From a virus (Duplodnaviria > Heunggongvirae > Uroviricota > Caudoviricetes): 64,000 bases of DNA. The stretch's first letter is position 1; the number at the start of each line of letters is the position of its first letter. Under the pieces are notes generated by a model. That model saw only the letters and a program-made list of their open reading frames with translations. It searched no databases and was not told the origin of the DNA. A program made the translations under genes and the position numbers. The DNA lies in the IMG/VR virus record IMGVR_UViG_3300046047_000272; one strand, written 5' to 3'. Shown one piece after another: positions 10,806-20,398 of this stretch.

Positions 10806-13552
10806 CTCGCACGATGCACATCAAATCGCCATCGAATCTTTCCGCAATCATATATCCGCTCTAAACCATTCAACTCGGCTAACGCTTGCTCAGTAAGACC
10901 CTCAACAAAGATCAAATCAGGATCATCTCTGAAGCGTCGTTTCCGATATGTGAACTTATGCTGACGTTGCTTACCAATGATATAGGCGTAATCTGCAGGA
11001 AGAACAGCGTCTTGATAAAAGCCTAATCGACGATACATTGATCCATCACTAACGCTATTGTCGCTAAACGTGATCACATGATCAATATCACCTGCGACTA
11101 TAGCATGATGCAGGAGTCTACTTAACCCTCCACGTAATCGACAACCCAATAACGCTGCATATCTCACCAGTCTCATCTCACCATCATGGACACGATACGC
11201 GATGACGGCCGCAAGATCGTCATGATCCTCTTTCCGAGCAAGAGCCATGAACACACAACCAGTAGGCGCACCCTGAATATGATTCACGCGAAGGAATGAT
11301 CGTGCAGTATCGCGGTCGGGGATCACCACAACATATGATCGCGCATTCAGAGGTCGTAATAGATCAGGTCTCAGCAACGTCGTCAGATGATCCTCAACAA
11401 TAGTACGATGGTCAAGCCAATCATCCTCCCAGATCGTCATCAATCGAATACCATGATCAGCGGCTAATCGCGTCTTATCCTCATGACGAGATACGTCCTC
11501 AGGACGATGACAAGCATGCCAATGCAGCCCATTGTACTCAAAGCCAAGATGAAGATCCGGGACAAGCACATCAATCTCAGATCCACCAAGAACCGACCGA
11601 TCATTCCTCAGCACGAGATGATCGTCACCGAGCATCGATTGAATCGTATCCCCAAGATCACATTCACTCGAAGACGTATGACGACCAGACACGCACTTAG
11701 GACAATGGCCATCGTGCTCAAATGCTCGTCCCGTGACAGAACACGTCCAATGACGACCATGCTGGCATGTCCAAACTATCTGAGTCCTATCATTGATCAT
11801 CACCTGATCCGGTCTACGATCACCATTCGCCTGATCGTCCCACTCATCAGCAAGATCAGGTCGTTCCGTCGCAAGATCATTCACACCGCTCATGAGGGTC
11901 TTATGCTTGCAAAGATCGCATCCAGAGGCGTATCCTCCCCTCGCCTCGACGCTAGGAGGGCTCATCCAAGTCCAATCATGACCATGATCACATGTCCAAT
12001 AGACCGGCGTCTTCGACCAAACGCCAATCGCCGTGGGATCAACAGTGTTCTTATCAGACCATCTAACCATAAGATCAGGTCGTTCAGTCGCAAGGTCATT
12101 CCACCCGGGTAGGACTTGACGTCTCCGACAATACGGACAGGAGGCAAGACCAGTCCGTATCATAGCCTTCAGACTCCGATGATAATGACCGCCACATACA
12201 GGACATGACCAGACATATTGCCGACGATCACTAGGACAGGCAAGCACATCATCGGCCGAGCAGCCGTTCTCATCAGACCAGGCCGAAGCAAGGTTGGGTC
12301 TGGTCTTAGCCAGGCTATTCGAGTGATCATCAAGCCAAAGACGGCCATCCTCAAAAGGACACCGTCCATGCCACTTCTTCATCGTAGCCATTGAAGCTAA
12401 CCAATGATGATCGTGCCGGCATGACCAGTGACCAATATCAGGATTCTTCACTGATCCCCACAGCTCATCATCACAGATGGATGGCCAATCAGGATGCATA
12501 CCCGAACTATCATTCACGCCTGGAATGACCAGACGGCCATCACAGAAAGGACACTGACTCTTCCTAAGATGACACATGGCTCTAGCAGAAGCCGAGAAGA
12601 TCTCTCCACATGTATTGCATGACCAAAGCCAATACCGATCATCAGATGATCGTATCATCGTTGGATCTCCAGGATTGCCAGGCCACCAGGCCAGCATCGC
12701 ATCATGATGATCAGCAATCGTATCAATTCGACGATGAGCGCAGACCTGACAACAAGCATCGACACCACGATCCATAATCCGCCCAATGGTCGCATGCACA
12801 GGATGCCCCTCAGAGCACAACCAATCATAGGACGCTGATCGACGACAGGCCATTCGCTCTATGGGTTGATCTAATCGGGATCTATCAAGACGATCCATCA
12901 CCTCAGGATAGTCAGTCATATGGCCATATCGTACAAGATCTTGACATATCGGACATGCATCATGGTCATGCGTCAATGCTCTAGGCGACGATGTGAAGAC
13001 ATCACCATAGGGACATGTCCAGGTACATGACGTCAACGATGATCGTGAGATTGTCGTAGGGTCACGATTATCATGCCATAGACGCAGTAAATGATCATCG
13101 CTAGCCACATCGTTCACGCCCGGAATAATCACTAATCCTAGACAAACCGAACAACCGCCATTCCGCGTATTAGCTCTATTCTGAATAGATGATCTCCATA
13201 CATGATGACGATGATGCGGATCACGCCACCAGGCCCTCTTATTTGATGAAGCTAATAACGCATAAGGATCTAATCCCTCACGCTGATTCTCATCCCATGA
13301 CCACCAGGCCATAACGTCAGGTCGAGTAGACGCCAGGTCGTTATAGCCCTTAAGGACACGACCATGATCATATGGACAATACTGGTCATCATCATGCATC
13401 TTATCACATGACAATTGATAATGATGACCATCAGGACACGTCCACCACCATTTCTTATTACTCTTAGCGGCGACAGCAGAAGCAGGGCAATGATTCCTAT
13501 CCTCGTCCCATAGACGAGCAGCTGACGGCATATCATCTAATACGGTTCCCAT
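10790..13552 (-). CDS. free-standing homing-type endonuclease: multiple treble-clef Zn-ribbon repeats + Vsr/PD-(D/E)XK-like nuclease + Hef-like C-terminus
   Basis: Repeats of W.C..GH.W...CP.C...V.PG.NDLA..RPDL; EIDVLVPDLHLGFEYNGLHWH; IWEDDW; NHIQG...GGLSRLL...RIYDCGKIRW. Confidence 0.8.
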   Translation of the reverse strand: MGTVLDDMPSAARLWDEDRNHCPASAVAAKSNKKWWWTCPDGHHYQLSCDKMHDDDQYCPYDHGRVLKGYNDLASTRPDVMAWWSWDENQREGLDPYALLASSNKRAWWRDPHHRHHVWRSSIQNRANTRNGGCSVCLGLVIIPGVNDVASDDHLLRLWHDNRDPTTISRSSLTSCTWTCPYGDVFTSSPRALTHDHDACPICQDLVRYGHMTDYPEVMDRLDRSRLDQPIERMACRRSASYDWLCSEGHPVHATIGRIMDRGVDACCQVCAHRRIDTIADHHDAMLAWWPGNPGDPTMIRSSDDRYWLWSCNTCGEIFSASARAMCHLRKSQCPFCDGRLVIPGVNDSSGMHPDWPSICDDELWGSVKNPDIGHWSCRHDHHWLASMATMKKWHGRCPFEDGRLWLDDHSNSLAKTRPNLASAWSDENGCSADDVLACPSDRRQYVWSCPVCGGHYHRSLKAMIRTGLASCPYCRRRQVLPGWNDLATERPDLMVRWSDKNTVDPTAIGVWSKTPVYWTCDHGHDWTWMSPPSVEARGGYASGCDLCKHKTLMSGVNDLATERPDLADEWDDQANGDRRPDQVMINDRTQIVWTCQHGRHWTCSVTGRAFEHDGHCPKCVSGRHTSSSECDLGDTIQSMLGDDHLVLRNDRSVLGGSEIDVLVPDLHLGFEYNGLHWHACHRPEDVSRHEDKTRLAADHGIRLMTIWEDDWLDHRTIVEDHLTTLLRPDLLRPLNARSYVVVIPDRDTARSFLRVNHIQGAPTGCVFMALARKEDHDDLAAVIAYRVHDGEMRLVRYAALLGCRLRGGLSRLLHHAIVAGDIDHVITFSDNSVSDGSMYRRLGFYQDAVLPADYAYIIGKQRQHKFTYRKRRFRDDPDLIFVEGLTEQALAELNGLERIYDCGKIRWRFDVHRASHESN

Positions 13553-13663
13553 ACATACTATTATATCACGGAAAACACGACTATTCCACTATGGAATCAC
13601 CGTCAAATCATCATAAATTAGCTAGGGTCATCAGGTCTTATAGACGCAGAGCCATGATGCATC

Positions 13664-14641
13664 ATGATATCTACATATCTACATAATATGACCGAGACAA
13701 CAACCGTCACCTGTGACGAACGACACCTATGGACCGTATTAGACGTTCAGGATAAGACCATCATTGTCATATCCACGGAGGATATGATCAGAAATGGCGT
13801 CGATCGATATCGATTACCATCTCAACATGGACGATGGAGAAGAATCGTCACCGCCAAAGAGGACCAACCAGAGCCAGTACGATGCATCGAAGTGCAAGCA
13901 GATGAACACGTCTACCTCCTGAGTAATGGCGTCTACACCCACAATACTGGTGGCGGTAAGAGCGTGGCTCAACGAAACGTGATTTTCCATTGCATTGCTC
14001 ATGCCGCGGAAATCAAGTTTCTTGGTGTTGACTTGAAACGTGTAGAGTTATCGGCCTATAAGCCATATTCTAATGCCGTCATCGGTATAGCCACGACTCT
14101 TGAGGACGCTATCGAGGTCCTCAGATTTGCTCAGGAGACCATGATGAATCGTTATGGAGAGATGGAGGCCGCTCATCATAACAACTTCCTCGACATGGAG
14201 AACGCCGGATCGGCTCTGATGGTCATGGTTGACGAGGCCGGTGAGCTGCTAGACATGTCCTCACCAGCTAAGGCTCTTGTTGGATCAACGCCTGTGCCCA
14301 ATCTTGAGAACAGACCTGATTTAGCGCACTTACAACTTGGAGACCATATCATCGGTGATGACGGTGAATGGCATCGCGTCATTGACAAATACCAGCCAAC
14401 AACAGATAAGGCCTATAAGGTGACCATCAAGCGTGACCACGATGGTCAGAAAGAAGATTTTACCTGTGGCGCCCAACACGCGTGGACCGTCTATCCTCAT
14501 GGCGCCAATGACGAACCATTAGTTGTCAATACTGACCAGCTCATGAGTATCTGGGAATCAACACCGCCAAGCGAACGCAAGAACATCAAATTCACTAGAT
14601 CACGTACGGGCAATGCTCTGAAAGAAGCGTCTATTGATTAA
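13664..14641 (+). CDS. IntC2 - FtsK-like ATPase core extein - IntN3 (split intein fragment)
   Basis: TCDERHLW, VRCIEV, YTHN (ends 13945); extein TGGGKS...VDLKRVEL...MVDEAGELL...PAK (13946-14272); then ALVGSTPVP...LQLGDHIIG...TCGAQHAW. Confidence 0.88.
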   Translation: MISTYLHNMTETTTVTCDERHLWTVLDVQDKTIIVISTEDMIRNGVDRYRLPSQHGRWRRIVTAKEDQPEPVRCIEVQADEHVYLLSNGVYTHNTGGGKSVAQRNVIFHCIAHAAEIKFLGVDLKRVELSAYKPYSNAVIGIATTLEDAIEVLRFAQETMMNRYGEMEAAHHNNFLDMENAGSALMVMVDEAGELLDMSSPAKALVGSTPVPNLENRPDLAHLQLGDHIIGDDGEWHRVIDKYQPTTDKAYKVTIKRDHDGQKEDFTCGAQHAWTVYPHGANDEPLVVNTDQLMSIWESTPPSERKNIKFTRSRTGNALKEASID

Positions 14642-14653
14642 CCACACGGTACG

Positions 14654-15055
14654 ATGCATCATATGAACATAACTACCCTATCATCACGTCAAGAAGCATC
14701 ATCGTCCCTATTAGGATGTAATATCATGATGGAATTTGACGGCGCCCAGAACGATGAGCGAGTCATCATTGTTCCAGTAGAAGGTCTGAATCTCTTCACG
14801 ATGCAACAGATCAAACGATGTCCACAGCACTGGATATCCATTATGACATCGCCAAACATCACCCTGCTCAGACCCATCATGCTCAGCAACATCCTCATAC
14901 CAAATCGAGAGGACCCATCTGAGGCCATCATCAAATCCGTTTCCAGGAAGCCTCTCCGGCGATGCCTGTTATCAGCATCAATGGATACAGGAACCATCAC
15001 CATCAATCTTACGAATCCGAATCAAGACGACCTATCCGTCATTCTTGGTGTCTGA
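14654..15055 (+). CDS. hypothetical protein
   Basis: 133-aa ORF directly downstream of the intein gene. Confidence 0.5.
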   Translation: MHHMNITTLSSRQEASSSLLGCNIMMEFDGAQNDERVIIVPVEGLNLFTMQQIKRCPQHWISIMTSPNITLLRPIMLSNILIPNREDPSEAIIKSVSRKPLRRCLLSASMDTGTITINLTNPNQDDLSVILGV

Positions 15056-15124
15056 TGATGTGACGGTGACATAAGATGACGATCATGTGTACATATGTAT
15101 ACATCATCGTCATCCAGGCCATGA

Positions 15125-16378
15125 TCAGTCATGAATAAGACCCATATCTGACAGTACATGTTCACGATCACGAAGGTCCGACACATCATCCTCAAGCAAT
15201 TCAGAAGGATAATCTGTAGTAATCGCCGATCCCTTCTTGACCACATGAATGAGATCGGTAAGACTCTCGAACCAATTAGCGTAGGCTACGATATAATCAT
15301 CCCGCCATTCATGAACATCCATCAGCATAGCATCAACAACACCACCAGCGACGACGAAGGCCGCTCGCTCAGCGGTGATCGTCGTGAGATCATCAGACGT
15401 CCTTGGTGTACCACCAGATGTGAGTGCATCATGGATAAACGCTGGTATCTGACGAATGATCTCACGGCGAACAAGATTTGCTTCATGATTCGTGCAAGAT
15501 CGATTAATAGCCGTCTTCACTATCTCTGGCTCGTATCTCCACATGATCACATCAGCCAGAGCATGACGCGTATCCAAGACCTCTAAGGTCATCATAACAT
15601 CGTCTAACTGGTTGATATGGAGACGATCCTGCCTACGCTGTTCATCAATAGCCACACAACGAGTCAGAACAGACATGGATGAATCATGCAGGATATCGGG
15701 AAGCGTGTATCCATCGACATACGGCTTATTTAGCACACTGACCTCTGATGGCTTCATGACCTGGTCGCGCAACATCACACCAAGAAGAGACGACTGCATC
15801 AATGATGGATCAATGGTCATATGATTACCATGCTCATTCACCAGATCAACATCAACCACATAGACATCAATGCTGCCAGTGCTCATGTCCTCAGATGGCC
15901 GATACACACCTAACTCAGTAGTGGAAAGATGATACCGACAATGCTGATCACGTTCCTGTTGAATCAATACATCATAGATCGTATCCTCTGCGGTCCTGAG
16001 GATACGATCACGTCCATACTCACGTCTGAACTCGACATCCCGCACGATGAGCATACCAGCCATCCTCTTTGAACCTGGCTGATAGATCATAGGAATCATA
16101 TATCGTCCAGTATACAAATCGTGCACAAGAACAGCGATCTTATCACCACGATCAATAATAGTGTCTACACGATGCACGGTAAGACCATTCCAATAACTAT
16201 CCGTCGTCCTACGCACCACGGTATCCTCATCAGCCACGTCTGGTACATCGACAACCCTGTCATGAACCGTTACCTGGGAACGAAGATAATTACGATACGC
16301 CACTATAGACTCCTCCTGTAAACACCTATTTGCTGCATGAATAGTATTTATCGTATCACATGATGCGTCATAACGCAT
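15125..16378 (-). CDS. hypothetical protein (start may be internal)
   Basis: 417-aa ORF. Confidence 0.65.
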   Translation of the reverse strand: MRYDASCDTINTIHAANRCLQEESIVAYRNYLRSQVTVHDRVVDVPDVADEDTVVRRTTDSYWNGLTVHRVDTIIDRGDKIAVLVHDLYTGRYMIPMIYQPGSKRMAGMLIVRDVEFRREYGRDRILRTAEDTIYDVLIQQERDQHCRYHLSTTELGVYRPSEDMSTGSIDVYVVDVDLVNEHGNHMTIDPSLMQSSLLGVMLRDQVMKPSEVSVLNKPYVDGYTLPDILHDSSMSVLTRCVAIDEQRRQDRLHINQLDDVMMTLEVLDTRHALADVIMWRYEPEIVKTAINRSCTNHEANLVRREIIRQIPAFIHDALTSGGTPRTSDDLTTITAERAAFVVAGGVVDAMLMDVHEWRDDYIVAYANWFESLTDLIHVVKKGSAITTDYPSELLEDDVSDLRDREHVLSDMGLIHD

Positions 16379-16403
16379 CTAGCGTCAATTATTGGACACG
16401 AGC

Positions 16404-16537
16404 CTAGATCTCGCGTCTAATCCTGATTCTCGACTCATCTAGTATAATGTATCATCTGAGGGCTTTACCGACCAGCACCAATCTGAATAGGCTCAGAACA
16501 TGAGTCTTTACTCATGTTCTGAGCCTAACTAGATCTC
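16404..16537 (+). ncRNA. promoter + short transcript + 18-bp hairpin element, copy 1 (candidate sRNA)
   Basis: TATAAT 16443; hairpin taggctcagaacatgagt-cttt-actcatgttctgagccta 16488-16527; homologous inverted copy at 51492-51622. Confidence 0.5.
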
Positions 16538-16652
16538 ACGTCATGACAAAGACATATACTCTGACTATTTTTCCATACGGACACTAGGACGTGTCATTCT
16601 ATCACGTCGCGTGATATATTGATGTCTATACACGGATTAAGGATGCGATCAT

Positions 16653-16925
16653 ATGCCCACAGGAATGACCTTCAAAGATTACGCGAGTTATACTCGATCA
16701 TGCGTCAATATGACGAAGCATCAAGAACAACAAGCCAAAACCATCATATCATCAATCATCAGGAATGACTTCCTAGCATCACAACATGAGAAAGACATCT
16801 GGTCTTCACTCGATGAGCGTGATCGATTATCCATCGTCACTGACGTGCAATACCTCATGGAACGAGGATGTCAAGATCCACTCACCCTCATGGATGTTCT
16901 AGGCGCTCGCTGGATGGGATTCTAA
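16653..16925 (+). CDS. hypothetical protein
   Basis: 90-aa ORF with AAGGA RBS. Confidence 0.6.
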   Translation: MPTGMTFKDYASYTRSCVNMTKHQEQQAKTIISSIIRNDFLASQHEKDIWSSLDERDRLSIVTDVQYLMERGCQDPLTLMDVLGARWMGF

Positions 16926-16930
16926 CCATC

Positions 16931-17797
16931 CTACTCATCAGACGATGGCCACATCATCACACGACCATCAAGATCAACACGACGAATAGATGGTATCACC
17001 AATTGATCTGGTGTCACCAGCACATCTTGGAGCGTAGCGTGCTCATCTAATTCGATGTAACCATACCGTTGATCGCATGACAGGATGCCCTGCCGTAGTC
17101 TTGACGCATCGATACGCCGAATCTTATCGGTCGCGTCATCACCCCAGAAGTACCCGGCTTCAAGACCCCACGAGCCAGTATGCATAAGAGCATGATCACA
17201 CATGTCCTCAGATAATTGAATCATCTTCACCCATCGATCAGCCTGTTCAGGCACACTACGCCTATGATGCATATGGCCATGCCGACGATCAACCAGCAAA
17301 TCACTCATATCCATCATTCGCACATCAATAGGACAAAATCCCATATCACGACAGTCTAGTCCATCAGCGTCCATTGGCCATGGCTCGTCCACTCGACGGC
17401 CAGTCACCAGATCAACCATCGATAATCTCGTATACTCATCTGAGAACGCCACACACCAATGATCCGTATCGTCATGCTGATCGTACTGCACAAATAATCG
17501 ACACGTCGAACGAGCATAGGCAAGACACCTTCTATTAAACGAGAACACTTCTTCACCATGATCCTCAATATGCGTCATCACGGATCCCCGCCCACCTGGC
17601 TCATTGACAACAGCCTCGAAGATCGTATGCAGATCATGGTCAACAGCAGCATCAGCGTAAGCGGTGACAACTCGCTCAGCAAGACGTATCCTCGCATCAT
17701 CGTTCGTCATATAGATCATCCCTTCATGTGATTCAATGCACTCCAATACTCTTATGGTACCATATATTGTACTGTATATTATCGTGAGAAGGAGCAA
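16931..17797 (-). CDS. hypothetical protein (start probably near 17710)
   Basis: Long ORF; GAAGGG RBS before MTNDD. Confidence 0.65.
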   Translation of the reverse strand: MLLLTIIYSTIYGTIRVLECIESHEGMIYMTNDDARIRLAERVVTAYADAAVDHDLHTIFEAVVNEPGGRGSVMTHIEDHGEEVFSFNRRCLAYARSTCRLFVQYDQHDDTDHWCVAFSDEYTRLSMVDLVTGRRVDEPWPMDADGLDCRDMGFCPIDVRMMDMSDLLVDRRHGHMHHRRSVPEQADRWVKMIQLSEDMCDHALMHTGSWGLEAGYFWGDDATDKIRRIDASRLRQGILSCDQRYGYIELDEHATLQDVLVTPDQLVIPSIRRVDLDGRVMMWPSSDE

Positions 17798-17802
17798 ATT
17801 AT

Positions 17803-18207
17803 ATGTCTATCAGTCATCGAATATCCCCTAGGATGCTCGTCACATCAGCTCTCATCATAATCAGTGTCATCGTAGCCACCTTCATCATCGTGACCATGAC
17901 TCGTGGAGCACGGGATGAGACCAATCATAATCAAACATACACGATCAGCGAACAATTCTTACATGATCAAGGCATCTCATCAATGCGTGATCAACATTGT
18001 CAAATCAAGTCCACATCAACATGCCAACAATGGCGTGAGATCTTCACCACATCAACATCGTCATCTGAGAAAGAGGTCACATACACGATGGACCAGGTAG
18101 ATCATCATGGCTTGCTAAAACGATCATCACACCGTATCACACTCATACCAACACCAAGCGGACACGCTACAAGACCGACACAATCACCATTATCAGCAAC
18201 CAGATGA
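17803..18207 (+). CDS. single-pass membrane or exported protein
   Basis: N-terminal hydrophobic helix; AAGGAG RBS. Confidence 0.65.
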   Translation: MSISHRISPRMLVTSALIIISVIVATFIIVTMTRGARDETNHNQTYTISEQFLHDQGISSMRDQHCQIKSTSTCQQWREIFTTSTSSSEKEVTYTMDQVDHHGLLKRSSHRITLIPTPSGHATRPTQSPLSATR

Positions 18208-18217
18208 TCTCATTACG

Positions 18218-20365
18218 CTACTTAATGAACTCGTCCTCACCCATGATCAGATGAGAACGCCCCTCATTAGAAACCATAGCCAGTAACGCTTCAAACCTAG
18301 GTTTATTAGCACTCACACGATGAGCAGAAGCAACCGTCGTCCTACCCTCCAAGGCGAGTAACAATCCCCTGGCCTCAAGATCTAATCCACGGGATTGCAA
18401 ATCGGTCTCAATACCAGTGACATCATCACGGATAATCTGCCCCATAATTCTCTTATTGACTTGAATGACCTCACGAACGGCAAGACGGCCACTGCCAGCA
18501 GATCGTAGGACTAATCTCTGAGAAAGAATGCCCTTCAAATTTCTAGCAAGATCACTCCTCAGCTTATCCTTCACATAGGATGCATCAGCTAAGTCCATCA
18601 CACGTTTAACCACATCTGGCGCTGACGTCGCATGGATCGTCGCAAAAGTCAAATGGCCTGAGCTACAGGCGTCCATAGCAGCTTTCAACGTTCGAGAATT
18701 ATCAATCTCACCAATCAGAATAATATCAGGATCCTGCCTAAGAGAATCCTCAATACCCTGATCAAATGATGGAACATCCTCACCAACCTCTCGTTGCATG
18801 ACATCAGATGGCGCATCGTCAGGATATATCGTCTCAATAGGATCCTCAATAGTAATGATCTTATCAGCACGATGCTTCTGAGCATATCGAATAATCGTAG
18901 AATTCGTTGCCGACTTACCAGATCCAGTAGGACCAGCAGTCAGAATCAAACCCTGCGACAACATCGCCCAAGCCAACACATCATGCTGAAGATCAATCTC
19001 CTCAGGCGTATAGATCTCAGGACGAATATGCCTGAACACAATCGTCGTGCCACCATGTGATTCAGCAAAAATCACCCTGAAACGCTCACCACGATGCCGA
19101 CCATCATGAATCTCATACGCAAGATTTGACGATCGAAACCTATTCAGCCTCTCCATCTTCTCACCATTAATCAACGGATTACCAGGACTCACCATATACT
19201 CATTCAACGCATACTCATCAATGGGCGTATACTTATCCAACCGATACAACGAACCATCAATCCTCAACTTCACATGACGACCAGCCGTGATATGCACATC
19301 AGACGCCCCATGATCAATAGCATCAGAGAGAATATGATCAATATCAAACGGTTCAACACCAATGTCCTCAGGACCAATCAACACATGATCAGGTGTAGCC
19401 TTCAACACGTATCCACCATGACCAGCATCAGGAGTAGGCAACACCGGAGCAGACGCCAGATCACCCCAAAACGACGACGCCTCAATCTCTAACCGTCTAA
19501 CCACATCGCTCAGATCACCTCTAACGCCACGAGCAGCATGCTGATTCATCTCATCCTCCTGAGCATCAACAATAGCATTAGCGTCCACCCTAGATAAGGC
19601 ACTAGCAGCACCCCGAGCCACGTCAACAGGAACGCCTCCAAGTCCACCATCCTCATCAATCGTCGAGGCATCAAGGCCAACCACCCGACCATCAGCATCG
19701 TCACCAGGATGGCTCACTTCCTGAACAACATCATCACCACGCTCATCAACAGCATCATGAGTAGGCTCAGACAACACCTCTGAATCATCATGCATCGACG
19801 CCACGTCATGCTGACCGACGCTATCATCAGCGTCCGCGATGACGTCCAAACCTAATCCATCATCAGCATCATCAACACTAGTGTCTATCTGCTCATCATG
19901 ACTCTGATCCTTAGTAGCATGATCCTCAGTAGACTGATCAACGCTCAATGCATCAACCAGAGGTGGCTCATCAATTACAGTCCGCTGATCATCAATAGTA
20001 TCGTGAGGAGCATCATCACTCACCGGTGGCACCAGTCTCATATCATCATGAGAATCATGGTCGTCAGCCGGTAAGACCTCCTGAACGAGAACCACGTCCT
20101 CATCAGGATCACCTGCATCATCATCCATCATCAATGGCGACATCTGAACATGATCAGCATCATCGTCAAGCAACGACTCAGACTCGGATGGTATCGTGAA
20201 ATCAACACTCTCCTCATCCAAGAGACTCTGATGAGCAGCCCTCACTGCCTCATCGTTCTCAGCCACACGACGATCAGCTAGGAACCGCATCATAGCAGCC
20301 TCTTCCTCACCATCGTCAATGGCCATGCTCTCATCATCTCGAATATGATCAACCATCACACTCAT
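18218..20365 (-). CDS. PilT/PilU-like secretion ATPase with long acidic N-terminal extension
   Basis: GASDVHI, GPTGSGKS, TIEDPIE, QREVG.D, LRQDPDIILIGEI, GHLTFATIH. Confidence 0.9.
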   Translation of the reverse strand: MSVMVDHIRDDESMAIDDGEEEAAMMRFLADRRVAENDEAVRAAHQSLLDEESVDFTIPSESESLLDDDADHVQMSPLMMDDDAGDPDEDVVLVQEVLPADDHDSHDDMRLVPPVSDDAPHDTIDDQRTVIDEPPLVDALSVDQSTEDHATKDQSHDEQIDTSVDDADDGLGLDVIADADDSVGQHDVASMHDDSEVLSEPTHDAVDERGDDVVQEVSHPGDDADGRVVGLDASTIDEDGGLGGVPVDVARGAASALSRVDANAIVDAQEDEMNQHAARGVRGDLSDVVRRLEIEASSFWGDLASAPVLPTPDAGHGGYVLKATPDHVLIGPEDIGVEPFDIDHILSDAIDHGASDVHITAGRHVKLRIDGSLYRLDKYTPIDEYALNEYMVSPGNPLINGEKMERLNRFRSSNLAYEIHDGRHRGERFRVIFAESHGGTTIVFRHIRPEIYTPEEIDLQHDVLAWAMLSQGLILTAGPTGSGKSATNSTIIRYAQKHRADKIITIEDPIETIYPDDAPSDVMQREVGEDVPSFDQGIEDSLRQDPDIILIGEIDNSRTLKAAMDACSSGHLTFATIHATSAPDVVKRVMDLADASYVKDKLRSDLARNLKGILSQRLVLRSAGSGRLAVREVIQVNKRIMGQIIRDDVTGIETDLQSRGLDLEARGLLLALEGRTTVASAHRVSANKPRFEALLAMVSNEGRSHLIMGEDEFIK

Positions 20366-20398
20366 CCTCCCCTATCCAATCCACCGGAACAACCATCT

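Noticed and set aside
10806-13663. Group I/II intron interrupting the intein gene
   Set aside because: The interval is almost wholly the antisense endonuclease ORF with no room for a ribozyme core. The downstream fragment has its own start codon and the upstream one its own tail and stop
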